This document shows positions 35,668 to 49,600 of a DNA stretch of 64,000 nt, piece by piece; position 1 is the stretch's first letter; every line of letters starts with the position of its first letter. Made by a program: the position numbers and the translations under genes. The stretch is taken from assembly GCA_039096225.1 (NCBI GenBank), contig JBBPEB010000011.1, forward strand, positions 558,001 through 622,000, in the 5' to 3' direction. Under the pieces are notes generated by a model. The model was not told the DNA's origin, ran no database searches, and saw nothing but the letters and a program-made list of their open reading frames with translations. This stretch comes from Blastocystis sp. Blastoise. Its lineage: Eukaryota > Protista > Bigyra: Opalinata.

Positions 35668-36721
35668 TTGAATTTTCCGAGTTCTAGATATAAAGGGCAT
35701 AATAAATCCACTGTCGATCATAAAAGAATAGAAAAATAGAAAGAACAAATAAGAAATAACATACATTAAAGGTAATATTTAATAAAAGAATTAAAAAAAT
35801 TCTCTATTAATGTCAAGTTGCCAAAAAAAAGATTCATGAATATCAGAAGAAATATGGTCAATGTGAGAATAGTTTCATGATTATGGTAATTTAATTTTTT
35901 TTTTAATTATTTCCTTGATTAAAAGACATTTTTATTTTTATTTAAATATGCTGTTTTTTTGTTGGTGTTTCGTTTACAAGGTTGTATTTATAGTTGTAAT
36001 ATATGACTCATGTGATTGTGAATTTATTATGATATTGAAAATAGTATTTGCTGTTACAGTTTTTGAAATAATTGTTTTTTTTTATTTATTGAACGCTTTC
36101 AGAAGAATGGAAAAATATATAGACTACAAAATACATAGGTTTCAAAAATTTAAAAATAAAAAATATGATAAAAATGGGCAAGAGAAGTTGTTTCTGGTGT
36201 ATAACTCAATTATTTTAATAAAGAATAAATGATAAATAGATCAATGTTTAATAATTTATACAGAATAATAAAAAAGAAATGGAAAAACACTAATAGGTGA
36301 TTTTCTTGGGACTGAAAAAGCGTCAAATGTAAAATTCTCACTTACTTTTTTTAAGACTAATTCAGATTCTCTCTTTTAGATAGAATTAGCAGTGAAAAAA
36401 ACTCTTTTTGATTTGCTAGATTCTATAAACTAGCTAATCAGTTTGATCAAAATGAATGGCTTAAAAATATAAGAATTTTCTAGAATTTTCTTTATCAATT
36501 AATAACAGATTTCCGTTCTTGGTAGTTAAAAATATTATTGACAATCATAATACATTTCTGTTCTAACAAAACGATTTTGTACACATTATTACATAATCAT
36601 ACAGAATAATATATAAATATATATATATAACGAAATAAGTCATAATCAGATAAAAATTAAAATGATAAGAATAAATAAAAAATTATTGTTTTCACTGTAA
36701 ACGAAAAAGGCCATCTATATA

Positions 36722-36753
<32 letters not shown>

Positions 36754-37039
36754 ATAATAATAATAATAATAACCAAACGGAAAAAAACATTAACCCATAT
36801 AATAAACTAATAATAATAATATTAATAATAATAATTATATACACAACCAAATGAAAAAACATTAACCTATATAAATTATATAAATTAATAATAATAATAA
36901 TATCATACATAAGCAAATAGAAAGTCCTAACCTATATAAATAAATAATAAAAATAATAATTATAATAATAATAGTAATAATAAATATAATAATATACAAA
37001 ACCAAATGAAAATCGATTAACCTAGATAAATTATATAAA

Positions 37040-39709
37040 TCTTATATATAAAAGGGATAAGTAAGCACGAAATTGTACTGATATAAATGGACCGATTACT
37101 TTTTTGTGTTACACATCTGTGTTACACTTACAAAAGATTCAGAATCTATATCAAAAACGTATTATGACGCGCTTTTAAAATTTTCAGAAATTCCACGTCT
37201 AAGGGCCTAAAACGGTCCCACAAAGAAGTGACTTAACCGACTTGGCCACTAAAATGCAATAAAATTCAAAATTTGAGTTTTTATCCAATAAACATATTTC
37301 GTACATAAAATTCCTATTTATTTTTCATTTTCTCAGAAATTTCTTCATTTTTTACATTTTTCTACTTAAAAATTTCTTTTTATATTTTTTCTTTAAATAA
37401 TTTTTATATATTTTTTTTTACTTTTATTTTTCTTTATGATGTACTTTATATTTGTTATTAATTATTAATATATTTTATTTTAAATACATAACATTTTTCG
37501 CCACACCTATAAACTATTTCTAAACTTTAAAAAGACAATTAGACAAGAATCCTTTGCTCTAAGTGACTTTAATTGATTAAAATTAACTTATATACATAAA
37601 ATAACCTAAATAATGATAATATATGAAGCTTTCAAAAAATTTGATCCACAAAGTTTTGAGATATCGGACACATTCTCTTTTGATCATTTTAAATTTTAAT
37701 GAAAACTATCTAGATCATGATGATAACTCATAAAACCATCCTAAAAGTTATTAAAACCTGTTTTTGACATGTTGAAAAATTGACACAAAACTTCAATTGC
37801 GTGTTCTGTCAACAATTTTTATTTTATTAAGTTTTAAACATTACAGAGTATATCATAGATGTTTATATTTATAAACTATTTGAACACATTTTTAAAATAA
37901 AAAGGTCGAAGAGATATCGAAATCTTTTCACTCTTAATAAAAACCTTTGGACTTAATATTCGTAATATAGACAAAAATCGCCACTTATTGAACCATTCAA
38001 GTCATTTTAAAGACGAGAATGAGTGGATATCTGTTTGGTTGACCCCCACAGAATCAAATTTTGACTACATATATGAATACAGTGACCGTTACAATACACA
38101 AATATGTCATTATTGCATATTTATGACAACAAAGTTGGTGTATCGGCTGATTTTGACCTCTTTAATTTCGACTTTTGACTTTATATTTGGTATAAGGATG
38201 CCTTATATGTTACATTATGATATTTTATATCTTTAAAGTCTTTTTAAAAAAGGTCAAAAAAAGTTAATTGCGACTTTGTACCAAAAAAAGTCGTTCTAAC
38301 TCACTTTTTAAAAGTCATATTAATAGATAATATAATATTACATATATATATAAAGTCAAAATATAAAATATCGTTGAATCTCGGGTTCAAAAATGAAAAA
38401 CAAATTTTGATTTTTTTCAAAAATTTTATTTTTATTGTTTTAACTAAGGTCAATTTCCACCATCATTTTTCTATTAATAAAGTAATTTTTTTTATAATAT
38501 ATAATATATTGTTTTCTGATTGAAAAATAAAAAAAATTAATTTTTAAAAATAAAAATTGACTGAGAAATAAAATTTCAAAGTGATATGTCTCTCAAAAAA
38601 AAAATATTTTTTTAATACAGTTTCTTGATTAGTGTGTTACTATAAACACTATTAATTAACTGAAAAAAAATTATTCTATAATTATAAGAATTATATATAT
38701 TTATTTATAATAGTGAAAATTAATATTAGTCAAACTACTATTTATTTTTAGTATATATTATATATAAGTATGACATATATTTTCTTTTTTTAAAATTTAT
38801 TTAAAAAAAAACGATAATATTTTTTATATATTTTTTTTGTTCTTTTCAAAAGTAGTTTTAAATATATATAAACATAGAAAAATTTAATGACTTAATTTAT
38901 AAATTTTTAAAATGTAAAAAAAAATAATTTTATTTCCATTACTTTTAGACATCTTTATTATGAAATGGATTCTTTATGAATATTAAAAATGAATTTATCT
39001 ATTATTAAAAAAGAAAATATGAATACAAATTTTTATTCATAAACTATAATGTATTTTTATTATATATAGATAAGTAGATATTAGTGATATGAAATAGTAG
39101 TAGTTAAACTTTTGAATTTTTAAAATTTTAATTTTTTTTTTTTTCCTATAAAAAACAACGCGTTGGTTTTTATAGGAAAAAAAAAAGAATTAAAATTTTA
39201 AAAATTCAAAAGTTTAACTACTACTATTTCATATCACGAAACAGATATTTATATTAAAAAACAAAATAGAATAAATGAGATCTATTTAGATAGAATATAT
39301 GCAGGATACAATAAAACTATATATGATAAATCAAATAAAATTTATATATAAGCATTATGATTTAGTCACTAATACATAAAATTATAAAATTATTTCTTTT
39401 ATATAAAACTAATAAAAAAATATATATTAATAAATAAACATTCCAGAAAGAATAATTTAAGCAAAATAACTTGAAATTAGAAATAGAATTATTGTTTATT
39501 TTCGTATCATAATATCTTTCTTAGATGAATGTAATTTATATTAGAGAAACTATTATGAGATGTTTCATTAATGAAACTATTATAAACTATAAACTACTTC
39601 AAAAAGCATTTTTATGTATCTATATGATACAATATATTTAAAAATATTTTTGTATAAATTATAAAACTCTAAAGGATACGAAGCATCGGCGAAGCCGATG
39701 CCACCCGCT

Positions 39710-39711
<2 letters not shown>
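37040..39711 (+). mobile_element. Non-autonomous Helitron
   Basis: 5' TC after A; 3' GCATCGGC-GAA-GCCGATGC hairpin and CTAG before T; first ~1.4 kb homologous to 40176-41600; no RepHel. Confidence 0.9.
39084..39237. repeat. 154-bp near-perfect spacerless palindrome
   Basis: GTGATATGAAATAGTAGTAGTTAAAC...CAACG|CGTTG...GTTTAACTACTACTATTTCATATCAC, centred at 39160/39161. Confidence 0.93.
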
Positions 39712-39759
<48 letters not shown>

Positions 39760-39994
39760 TCATACATAAGCAAATAAAAAGTCACTAACCTATATAAATT
39801 AATAATAATAGTTACTATAATAATAATAATAATAATATTTATATACACAAACAAAAATAAATCATTTATCTATATAAATTATTATTAATAATAATAAATC
39901 TAATAATAATAATAATAATAATAATAATATTTATATACACAAACGAAAGAAATAATTATTTATCTATATAAATTATTATTAATAATAATATATC

Positions 39995-40035
<41 letters not shown>

Positions 40036-40077
40036 TTTATATACACAACCAAAAGAAATAATTATTAATCTATATAA

Positions 40078-40122
<45 letters not shown>

Positions 40123-42798
40123 TATACACAACCAAAAGAAATGATAATTTACCTATATAATACCAATAATCGTTATCTTATATATAAAAGGGATAAGTAA
40201 GCACAAAATTGTACTGATATAAATGGACCGATTACTTTTTTGTGTTACATATCTATGTTACACTGATAACAGAGTAAGATACTACATGAAAAACGTATTA
40301 TGACGCGCTTTTAAAATTTTCAAAAATTCCACGTCTAAGGGCCTAAAACGGTAAGACAAAAAAAAATTTAACGGAAATGCCCCAAATAATTGGCTAAAAT
40401 TCAAAATTTGAGTTTTTATCCAATAAACATATTTCGTACATAAAATTCCTATTTATTTTTCATTTTCTCAGAAATTTTTTCATTTTTTACATTTTTCTAC
40501 TTAAAAATTTCTTTTTATATTTTGTAAAATTTATTTTTTATAAATTTCATTTTTAAGTTATATTTTTCTTTATGATGTACTTAATATTTGTCATTAAATA
40601 TTAATATAATTTATTTTAAATGCATAACATTTCTCGCCACATGTATAAACGATTTTTAAACTTTAAAAAGACAATTAGACAAGAATCCTTTTTTTAAGAG
40701 ACTTTAATTGATTGAAATTGACTTATATACATAAAATAACCTGAGTAATGATAATATATAAAGCTTTTAAAAAAATTGATCCACAAAGTATTGAGATATC
40801 GGACACATATCTCTTTTGACTCCTTTGAATTTTAATGAAAACTATCTGGATCATCATGATAACTCATGAAACCATCCTAAAAGTCATTAAAACCTGTTTT
40901 TGACATGTTGAAAAATTGACAAAAAACTTCAATCGCGCGTTCTGTCAACATTTTTTATTTTATTAATTTTTAAACGTTACAGGATTTATCTTATGAGTTT
41001 ATATTCATAAATTATTTGAACACATTTTTAAAATAAAAAGGTCGAAGAGATATCGAAATCATTTCACTCTTAATAAAGAAATTTGGACTTAATATTTGTA
41101 GTTTAGATAAAATTCGCCACTCATTGAACCCATCAGGTTTCTTTTAAGACAAGAATGAGTGGATATCTGTTTGGTTGACCCTCATAAAATCAAATTCTGA
41201 TTTTATATATGAATACAGTGACCTCTACCATACACAAATATATCATTATTGCATGTTTATGACAACAAAGTTGGTGTATCGGCAGATTTCGACCCCATTA
41301 ATTTCGACTTATGACTTTATATTTGGTGTAAGGATGCCCCATAGGATACATTATGATATTTTATGTCTTTAAAGGCTTTTTAAAAAAGGTCAAAAAAAGT
41401 TAATTGCGACTTTGTACCAAAAAAAGTCGTTCTAACACACTTTTTAAAAGTCATATTAATAGTTATTATACTATTACATAAATATATAAAGTCAAAATAT
41501 AAAATATCGTTGGGTCTCGGTGTCAAAAATGAAAAAGAAATTTTGCGTTTTCTCAAAAATTTTATTTTTGATGTTTCAACTAAGGTCAATTTCGACCATT
41601 ATTATTATGTTTTTATTATTTATTTTTGTCATATTTAATACTATATGTGTCTATCTTATAAAATATATGAAAACTTTATAATATTATATTATATTAAAAG
41701 TTAAAATAAGATAAAAAAAAAAGAGGTCTTGACAGAATTATCTACATTATTTTTTAAGTCAAACACATGAAGATTATGGACTTAATTCATAATTAATATT
41801 ATATTTCTACATAATAATATTATAAATGTTTTATTATTATGCTAATTTTTATAAAATAATACTTTTTGCAAACTGATATAGATGTAATTGTTTTACAATC
41901 TTAATTAAAAAGGTTCAAATTTTTTTATAGTGATCAATAATCTTATTAATCTCTGTTTGAAACACATAAGAAGATGAGCTAACAATAAAAATGAAAAAGA
42001 ATATTTTAAAACTTTCAGTATTTTTCTTTTCTTTTCTTTTTTTTATTGTACTGTATTTAGAAATAGATTTAAATACATTTAGCAAGTCATTTCATGAACA
42101 GAATTAAAAGCGCCAATGGTAGAATGTCTAATTAATGAATTTTTAACTGATTGAAAGAATGATTGCCTAATTGTGAACAAAGAAACTTTAGCTGATTTTA
42201 GAGTGATATAAGAAAGGGTTACTTAAAACTACTATGCTATTTCTACGTTCAACATATTAATATATTGGTAACAACCAAATCATTCTTTATTTTAATAATT
42301 CCTTCTGTAAGTTTATTTTCATTTTTGTCTTTATCGTGTTTTTATTAATTAATTTATATATGTATAGAGAGTAGATGATAAATATAATAAATTATATTTG
42401 GTAATGATACAATGTAAATGGGTAAACTAATGATACAGGGGATAATGTATAACTTTTTTATTAGGTATGCTATTACTCATCTTAAGAATTGACTGTTACA
42501 ACTATGCTATCCAAAGAAAGAAAAGAAAGAAAAGAAATGTAGCTGGAAGTTATAAATAAATGGTTGGTTATTATGAAAAAAATGATATGAAGATTCCGTT
42601 TTTAAAAGTTCACCATTCATTTTTTGATATGTAAATTCACCACAAAATATCTTTGATGTCATGTATATATTTATATTATAATATATTATTTCTTTTATTA
42701 TGTATATCTTTTTGATTTATTAAACCATTTGTTTTAATATACCTTTTATATATATAGAAGGTGCTTTTTGCTAAATCTTTCAGTATTGTTTAAGTACT

Positions 42799-43227
42799 AT
42801 GGAATCTGATTGTCCAGTCTTATCGTTATTATCACAATATGAGGATGCTGAATCTTCAAATAATAATGGTATATATTTATTTAGCTTTTCATTTTTGTCT
42901 TATAAAATATTTTTATGCGTATTTATAAATCCACTAAAAATAAATACGAAAAGTATGTATATATATATTATTAATTATTATTAAGTATACAATCATTTAA
43001 ACTATTATACTATATTATATATATATATATATATATATAGATTCAGGATCAAAGCTATTGACTCAAGGTATTTATATGCTATATTCTATTATATTCTATT
43101 ATATTCTATTATATTCTATTCTATTATATATATATATATATATAGATTCAGGATCAAAGCTATTAACTCAAGGTATATATATGCTATATTCTATTATATT
43201 CTATTATATTCTATTATATTCTATTAT

Positions 43228-43281
<54 letters not shown>

Positions 43282-43417
43282 CGATCAAAGCTATTGACTC
43301 AAGATATATATATATATAATATTATATTATATTCTATTATAATCTATTATATTCTATTATAATATATTATATTATATATATATATATATATAGATACAAG
43401 ATAAAAACTATATACTC

Positions 43418-43456
<39 letters not shown>

Positions 43457-43512
43457 TTATATTATATTATATTATATTATATATATAGATTCAGGATCAA
43501 AACTATTGACTC

Positions 43513-43550
<38 letters not shown>

Positions 43551-43846
43551 TATTATATTATATTATATTATATATATAGATTCAGGATCAAAACTATTGA
43601 CTCAAGGTATATATATATATATATATATATAATATTATATTATACTTATTATATATATAGATTCACGATCAAAGCTATTGACTCAAGGTATATATATATA
43701 TAATATTATATTATATTATATTATATTATATTATATATATAGATTCAGAATCAAAGCTATTGACTCAAGGTATATATATATAATATTATATTATATTATA
43801 TTATATTATATATATATATTCAGAATTAAAAAAATCGAGTGAAGAT

Positions 43847-43909
<63 letters not shown>

Positions 43910-44164
43910 TTCAAGATTAAAACCGTCGATTCAAGGTATATATTAGATTATATTATATTATACTTATTATATATATAGATTCAGGATCAAAGCTATTGAC
44001 TCAAGGTATATATATATATAATATTATATTATATTCTATTATATTATATTATATATATAGATTCAGGATCAAAGCTATTGACTCAAGGTATATATATATA
44101 ATATTATATTATATTATATTATATTATATATCTAGATTCAGGATTAAAACAATCGAGTGAAGGT

Positions 44165-44201
<37 letters not shown>

Positions 44202-44294
44202 TTCAAGATTAAAACCGTCGATTCAAGGTATATATTAGATTATATTATATTATACTTATTATATATATAGATTCAGGATCAAAGCTATTGACTC

Positions 44295-44342
<48 letters not shown>

Positions 44343-44551
44343 TATTATACTTATTATATATATAGATTCACGATCAAAGCTATTGACTCAAGGTATATAT
44401 ATATATAATATTATATTATATTATATTATATTATATTATATATATAGATTCAGGATCAAAGCTATTGACTCAAGGTATATATATATAATATTATATTATA
44501 TTATATTATATTATATATCTAGATTCAGGATTAAAACAATCGAGTGAAGGT

Positions 44552-44588
<37 letters not shown>

Positions 44589-44754
44589 TTCAAGATTAAA
44601 ACCGTCGATTCAAGGTATATATTAGATTATATTATATTATACTTATTATATATATAGATTCAGGATCAAAACTATTGACTCAAGGTATATATATATATAT
44701 AATATAATATTATACTTATTATAAATATAGATTCACGATCAAAACTATTGACTC

Positions 44755-44804
<50 letters not shown>

Positions 44805-45507
44805 TATTATACTTATTATATATATAGATTCACGATCAAAGCTATTGACTCAAGGTATATATATATATAATATTATATATATGTATTATATTACATTATA
44901 TTATATATATAGATTCAGGATCAAAGTCGTTGACTCAAGGTATATATTATATTATATTATATTATATTATATTATACTTATTATATATATAGATTCAGGA
45001 TTAAAACCATTGATTCAATGTATATATAATATTATATTATGTTATATCATATTATAATATATATATAGATTCAGGATCAAAACCATTGACCGAAGGTATA
45101 TATATATAACATTATATATCAACACTATATATATAGATAATGAATTGAATCATACTTCAAATAATGGTATATGCATATATATTATATACTAATATATATA
45201 TATATACTATACTATATATATAGCTGAATGCAAACGATCAAAACATTCCCTAATGAAGAGTATATATTTATATTTATATTTATATTTATATTTATAGAAA
45301 ATCGCCGCACTCTCTCAAAGAGTGGCTCTAAAAAACATAATAATGAAATTAAATTGAAAGGTATTTTATATTATAACTATATATATTATTTTTTTAGATT
45401 TAAATAATAATGGAGTAAAGCCAAAAAAAAGCAAAACAAGTAGTGTATCTGGCCTTTTTAATATAAATATAAAAAGTAAATCTTTCTTTATTGTTTTTTG
45501 TTTTTAG
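42799..45507 (+). CDS. Helitron passenger gene made of ~25 tandem 27-nt microexons (DSGSKLLTQ-type 9-aa repeat) plus basic C-terminal exons
   Basis: Repeated tatag|ATTCAGGATCAAAGCTATTGACTCAAG|gtatat units from 43041 to ~45095, all phase 1-1. The spliced frame stays open from ATG 42799 to TAG 45507. The true start may lie upstream. Confidence 0.65.
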
Positions 45508-45696
45508 TTTTGTTTGTTGCTTTGTTGTTTATTCTTTTTTATATTAGTTTATATTTTTTTTTTAACTTTTTAATTTTTCTTCTTTTTCTATTTTTATTTC
45601 TTATATCATTAAATATTTAACAGCTTTTATTATTTTTGTTATTCTTTTATTTTAATTAATTTAAATTATTTATTATTTAAGTTTAACCTATATAAA

Positions 45697-46462
45697 ATGC
45701 CCGACTCTGCTTTATTAAAGTTCATGATGTCTCTTTATATAGTTTAAAGTTTATAAACTTAAATAGTATTTAATATATTAATTAATTTGAATAGAAGATA
45801 TCAAATATCATATTGCTGTTTTATATTTTTTGATGTGTTTGTTTTGGTTCTGTGTTGTAACTTATTTGTTATGGCAAATTAATGTTACACACTTTTGTTT
45901 TTGATATGTTTGATCTCGAAAATATTTTCATTAACTTACAAAATATATTATCATATATATAGATTGTAAAAGAGTTGAAAATACTTTTGAGTTTCATACA
46001 TCTTGCTTTTGTCTTAACAACAAGGGAGACAAAGGTATATTATTGTCTAATAAAATAATAAAAATATTTTTATTGTTTCGTCTTTAGATAATAATAACTA
46101 CAAAAACACCCTTGAAAAAATATTTTTTAATAGTAATCTGTTTACTATTAATTGTGAAGGTATGTTTTGATGTGAAAACAACCTAAAATATATATAGGAA
46201 CTACAGACTCAGAAATAACAAATAAATTTATATTTAAAGACAACACAACTCTTTTTGCAAATAAAAACAGATTTTCAACATGTCCAACAAATCAAGGTAA
46301 ATATTTTTATTATTTAAATTCTATTATGACTTGATAGTTACTTTAAATAATAATCAGGAGAATGAAAGTGACGAGGATCTCTCAAGTCCTCCTTATTATG
46401 ATGAAAGGGTTTCACCTCCTACTTCTCCTGTTTATCCTGTTTCTTCTCCTGAATATTATTAA
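45697..46462 (+). CDS. Probable multi-exon hypothetical gene, or 5' exons of RepHel, inside the Helitron
   Basis: Chain of phase-1 GT-AG exons (DCKRVENTFEFHTSCFCLNNKGDK, DNNNYKNTLEK..., GTTDSEIT..., VTLNNNQENESDEDLSSPPYY...); 5' structure unresolved. Confidence 0.4.
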
Positions 46463-46692
46463 GGAGTTTTTTAAATTTTTTTTTGTTTTTGCTTATAAAT
46501 ATTTTGTTGTTTTGTATTATTTTATTTCTTTCTTTAATTATTTATTCTTTTATATTATATTTTGTTTAGTTAAATATTTTATTTTTAAATTATTAAAAAA
46601 ATAAAATATTTTATATATATATGTTTACAAATATTAATATTATTTAATTAATAAAATCTTATATATAAAACTAATAATATATAATACTATAG

Positions 46693-49600
46693 GAAACAAA
46701 AGAAAGCGATTTAATTCTCTTAAGAGAAGAGATATATTTGGGAATTTTTTGAATACCCACAAATCTAAAAGGATTAATGACCAAATATTAAACGAAAATC
46801 AAAATGCTTTTAATCAAGACAATTCATTATTCAATACAAATAATTCTTTAAATAATGAAGAAATAGTAACTGAACAACACCCAATACAACTAAACAATAT
46901 AGCAACTATATCTTCTTCTTCTTCTTCTCCTATTTCAGATAATACTTCAACTCAAAGTAATAATACAAATTCATATAATAATAACACAATCGAAACATTA
47001 ATTAATGAAATCAATTTAATAGAGCCAGATTCTAATAATAATACAAGTTTAAATAACGAAAATATATCTGAAACTTTAATTAATGAAACAAATTTTATAG
47101 AATCTGAAATAAATAATAATAATGAAAGTATATCTCAATCAATAATTGATGATAGTTTTAATTCTACTTTTATTTTTGAAAATAATGAAACAAATGATAA
47201 TACACAACCTATAATATTAAATAATCCTGTAACTCCTTTACATAATCAACACAATAATGATATACTTTCAGATAATAATATGATCAATAATATTAATACT
47301 CCAACTATATATAATACACCAAATTCTAATACAAATAATCAAATAGTATCTCCTTCTACTTCTCTCATTATAACACCTCCTAGATTATCTCCTCTTGATT
47401 CAAGAATTATTAATTCTTCTTCTTCTTCTCATAATAGTAATAATAATCATTCTATTATTCCTCCTTTACCAAGATCATCAATATTAGATATATTAAATTA
47501 TTATCAAATATCTCCCATTCAAAATCCTAATAATAATAATTTATTATCAACAAATATAAATAATCATAGAAGAAGAATTAGTTTTGATTCTTCTACTTCA
47601 GATAATGATTCAAGTACAGATAGTGATTTCACACCTATTATTCCTTCTAATACTACTAATAATCCTATTTTGCAAATAGAACCAATAAACTCTACAAATA
47701 ATAACGATATAGATATAGATAATCAAAATGAAAATAATAATGAAGAAAATAATAGCAATATTCCTATTGTGATAAGATTTGAAAATTGTGAAGCATGTAT
47801 TAAATTAAGTATGCTTAATATTATATCATTTTTATAATTCTTTCTTTATGATAATAAAACTATTATTATATTATGTATAGGAAATGGAGAACAAATAATA
47901 GAAGAGAATGAAAGAGATATTCAAGGAAATAATAAATATGAATATTATAATATAGGTAAAATGAATCACGTTTGTATTCATTGTGAAGCTCTTCATTTTG
48001 AAGCAGAAAAAACAAACTTTTATATCACAAAAAATTCTACATATAAAAAATACATTAATTTAATTAATGATTCAAGAATACAATTTGAATACTATGAAGG
48101 AGATCATGATTATATCATTACAAGAAATTCAAATTATACAATGTGTTGTAATAATGGGAAAGTGAAAGTAGAATCACCTATAAATCTTCCAAATGAATTA
48201 TTAAATCAATTAAAGAGTCAAACACCAAATAATAAATTATTTAGAAATGAGATAAGAAGATATAATAATGCTTTTGCTTTTGCTTCTATGTCATGTTCTA
48301 ATGTAGTAACAAGAATGAATGGTCCAGGACCATATTTTTATAGAGTTCATGGTAATGTATATCATTCTATGAGTGATTTATATCCTTCTGATAATTCTCC
48401 TCCTTCTTTTAATCAAATATATATTTATGATGAAGAAGAAGCTCTTCATATTCGAAATGGAAATAGTATGTTTTCAGAATTATCTTCTGATTTATTATTA
48501 AGTATTGATTCTATGATAAGAAATAATAATAAAATATATGAATCTTTTAAAACATTACATGAACAAGTAACAGAATCAAGAAGAATAAATAATACTACTT
48601 ATTCACAAGTAAATTTAAAATTACAATTTAAAATAAGTAATTATGATGATAGAAGAAGATTTAATGCTCCTACTACAACAAATGAAATAGCTATGATTAT
48701 ACCAAAACAAAATGATGAAGGTTTACCAAATATTAATCTTTCATGTTATCCAAGAAGAAGAAGAAGAAATAATAGTAATAATGAAATTGAAAATGAAAAT
48801 GAAAATAATAATGAAAATATATCAGAACAACAAATAACAAATCTTAGTTATAATAATCCTTTTTGTGATCCTTTAATATATCCATTAATGTTTCCTTATG
48901 GATTACCATTATGGAGTTTAGAATCTACTTCTAATATTATACGTAATTCTGAATTACATTTAAATCGTCAAAATAATAATAATAATAATAGAAATATTTC
49001 AAATTCAACTAATAATAATAATAATGAGAATGAAATAATAGAAGAAGTAGAAAATGAATTAAATAATAGAAATAATTATAGAATAAATAATAATCATACA
49101 GAGAATAATGATAGTAATGGAGATGATTCAAAATCTATGAGAATTATTCCAATTTTTAGAAATAGATCAGAAAGAGGATTTCCATTAGATATTTTAGGAA
49201 ATGAATTTTATACTATACCTACTATTTCATTAAGAGAATTCTATTCCTATTTATTATATACAAGACATCCTAATCATAAGAATTATTTATTATTATTTGA
49301 AAAATTATTATTACAATTTATGGTTGATGCAGCTACAAAAATAGAATATTCAAGATTATTATTTATAGCAAATAATCAAACAAAATTAAGATCAGAGAAA
49401 TATTCTGTATTTAGAGATACAGTGAATGAGATGATACGAAATGGATTTAGTGATGAATATATAAGAAGTAGAATGGGAAAAGCAGTTATTATTCCATCAA
49501 GTTTTGTAGGTGGTCCTCGATATATGAAGAATTCTTACTTAGAAACAATGGCTATTGTAAGAGCTTATGGTAAACCAGATTTATTTATAACCATGACTTG

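Noticed and set aside
37988-41589. Paralogous small ORFs 37988-38236 and 41175-41372
   Set aside because: They lie in the duplicated Helitron 5' block, start at TTG, differ in frame upstream and show no recognisable domain.
43041-45095. Repeat-spacer pattern resembling a CRISPR array
   Set aside because: The spacers are low-complexity (TA)n introns with GT/AG ends, the context is eukaryotic and there are no cas genes.
45500-45520. TGTTTGTT just after a stop, as in Blastocystis polyadenylation-created stop codons
   Set aside because: Seen clearly at only one gene end; other genes have complete genomic stops without the exact motif. Not enough to assign the mechanism or the host.
22923-46604. 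Many short Ile/Tyr/Phe-rich ORFs in the track (e.g. 23716, 24604, 25141, 30792, 35915, 36692, 43506, 46362)
   Set aside because: They are read-throughs of (TA)n/(TAT)n introns or antisense shadows of real exons.
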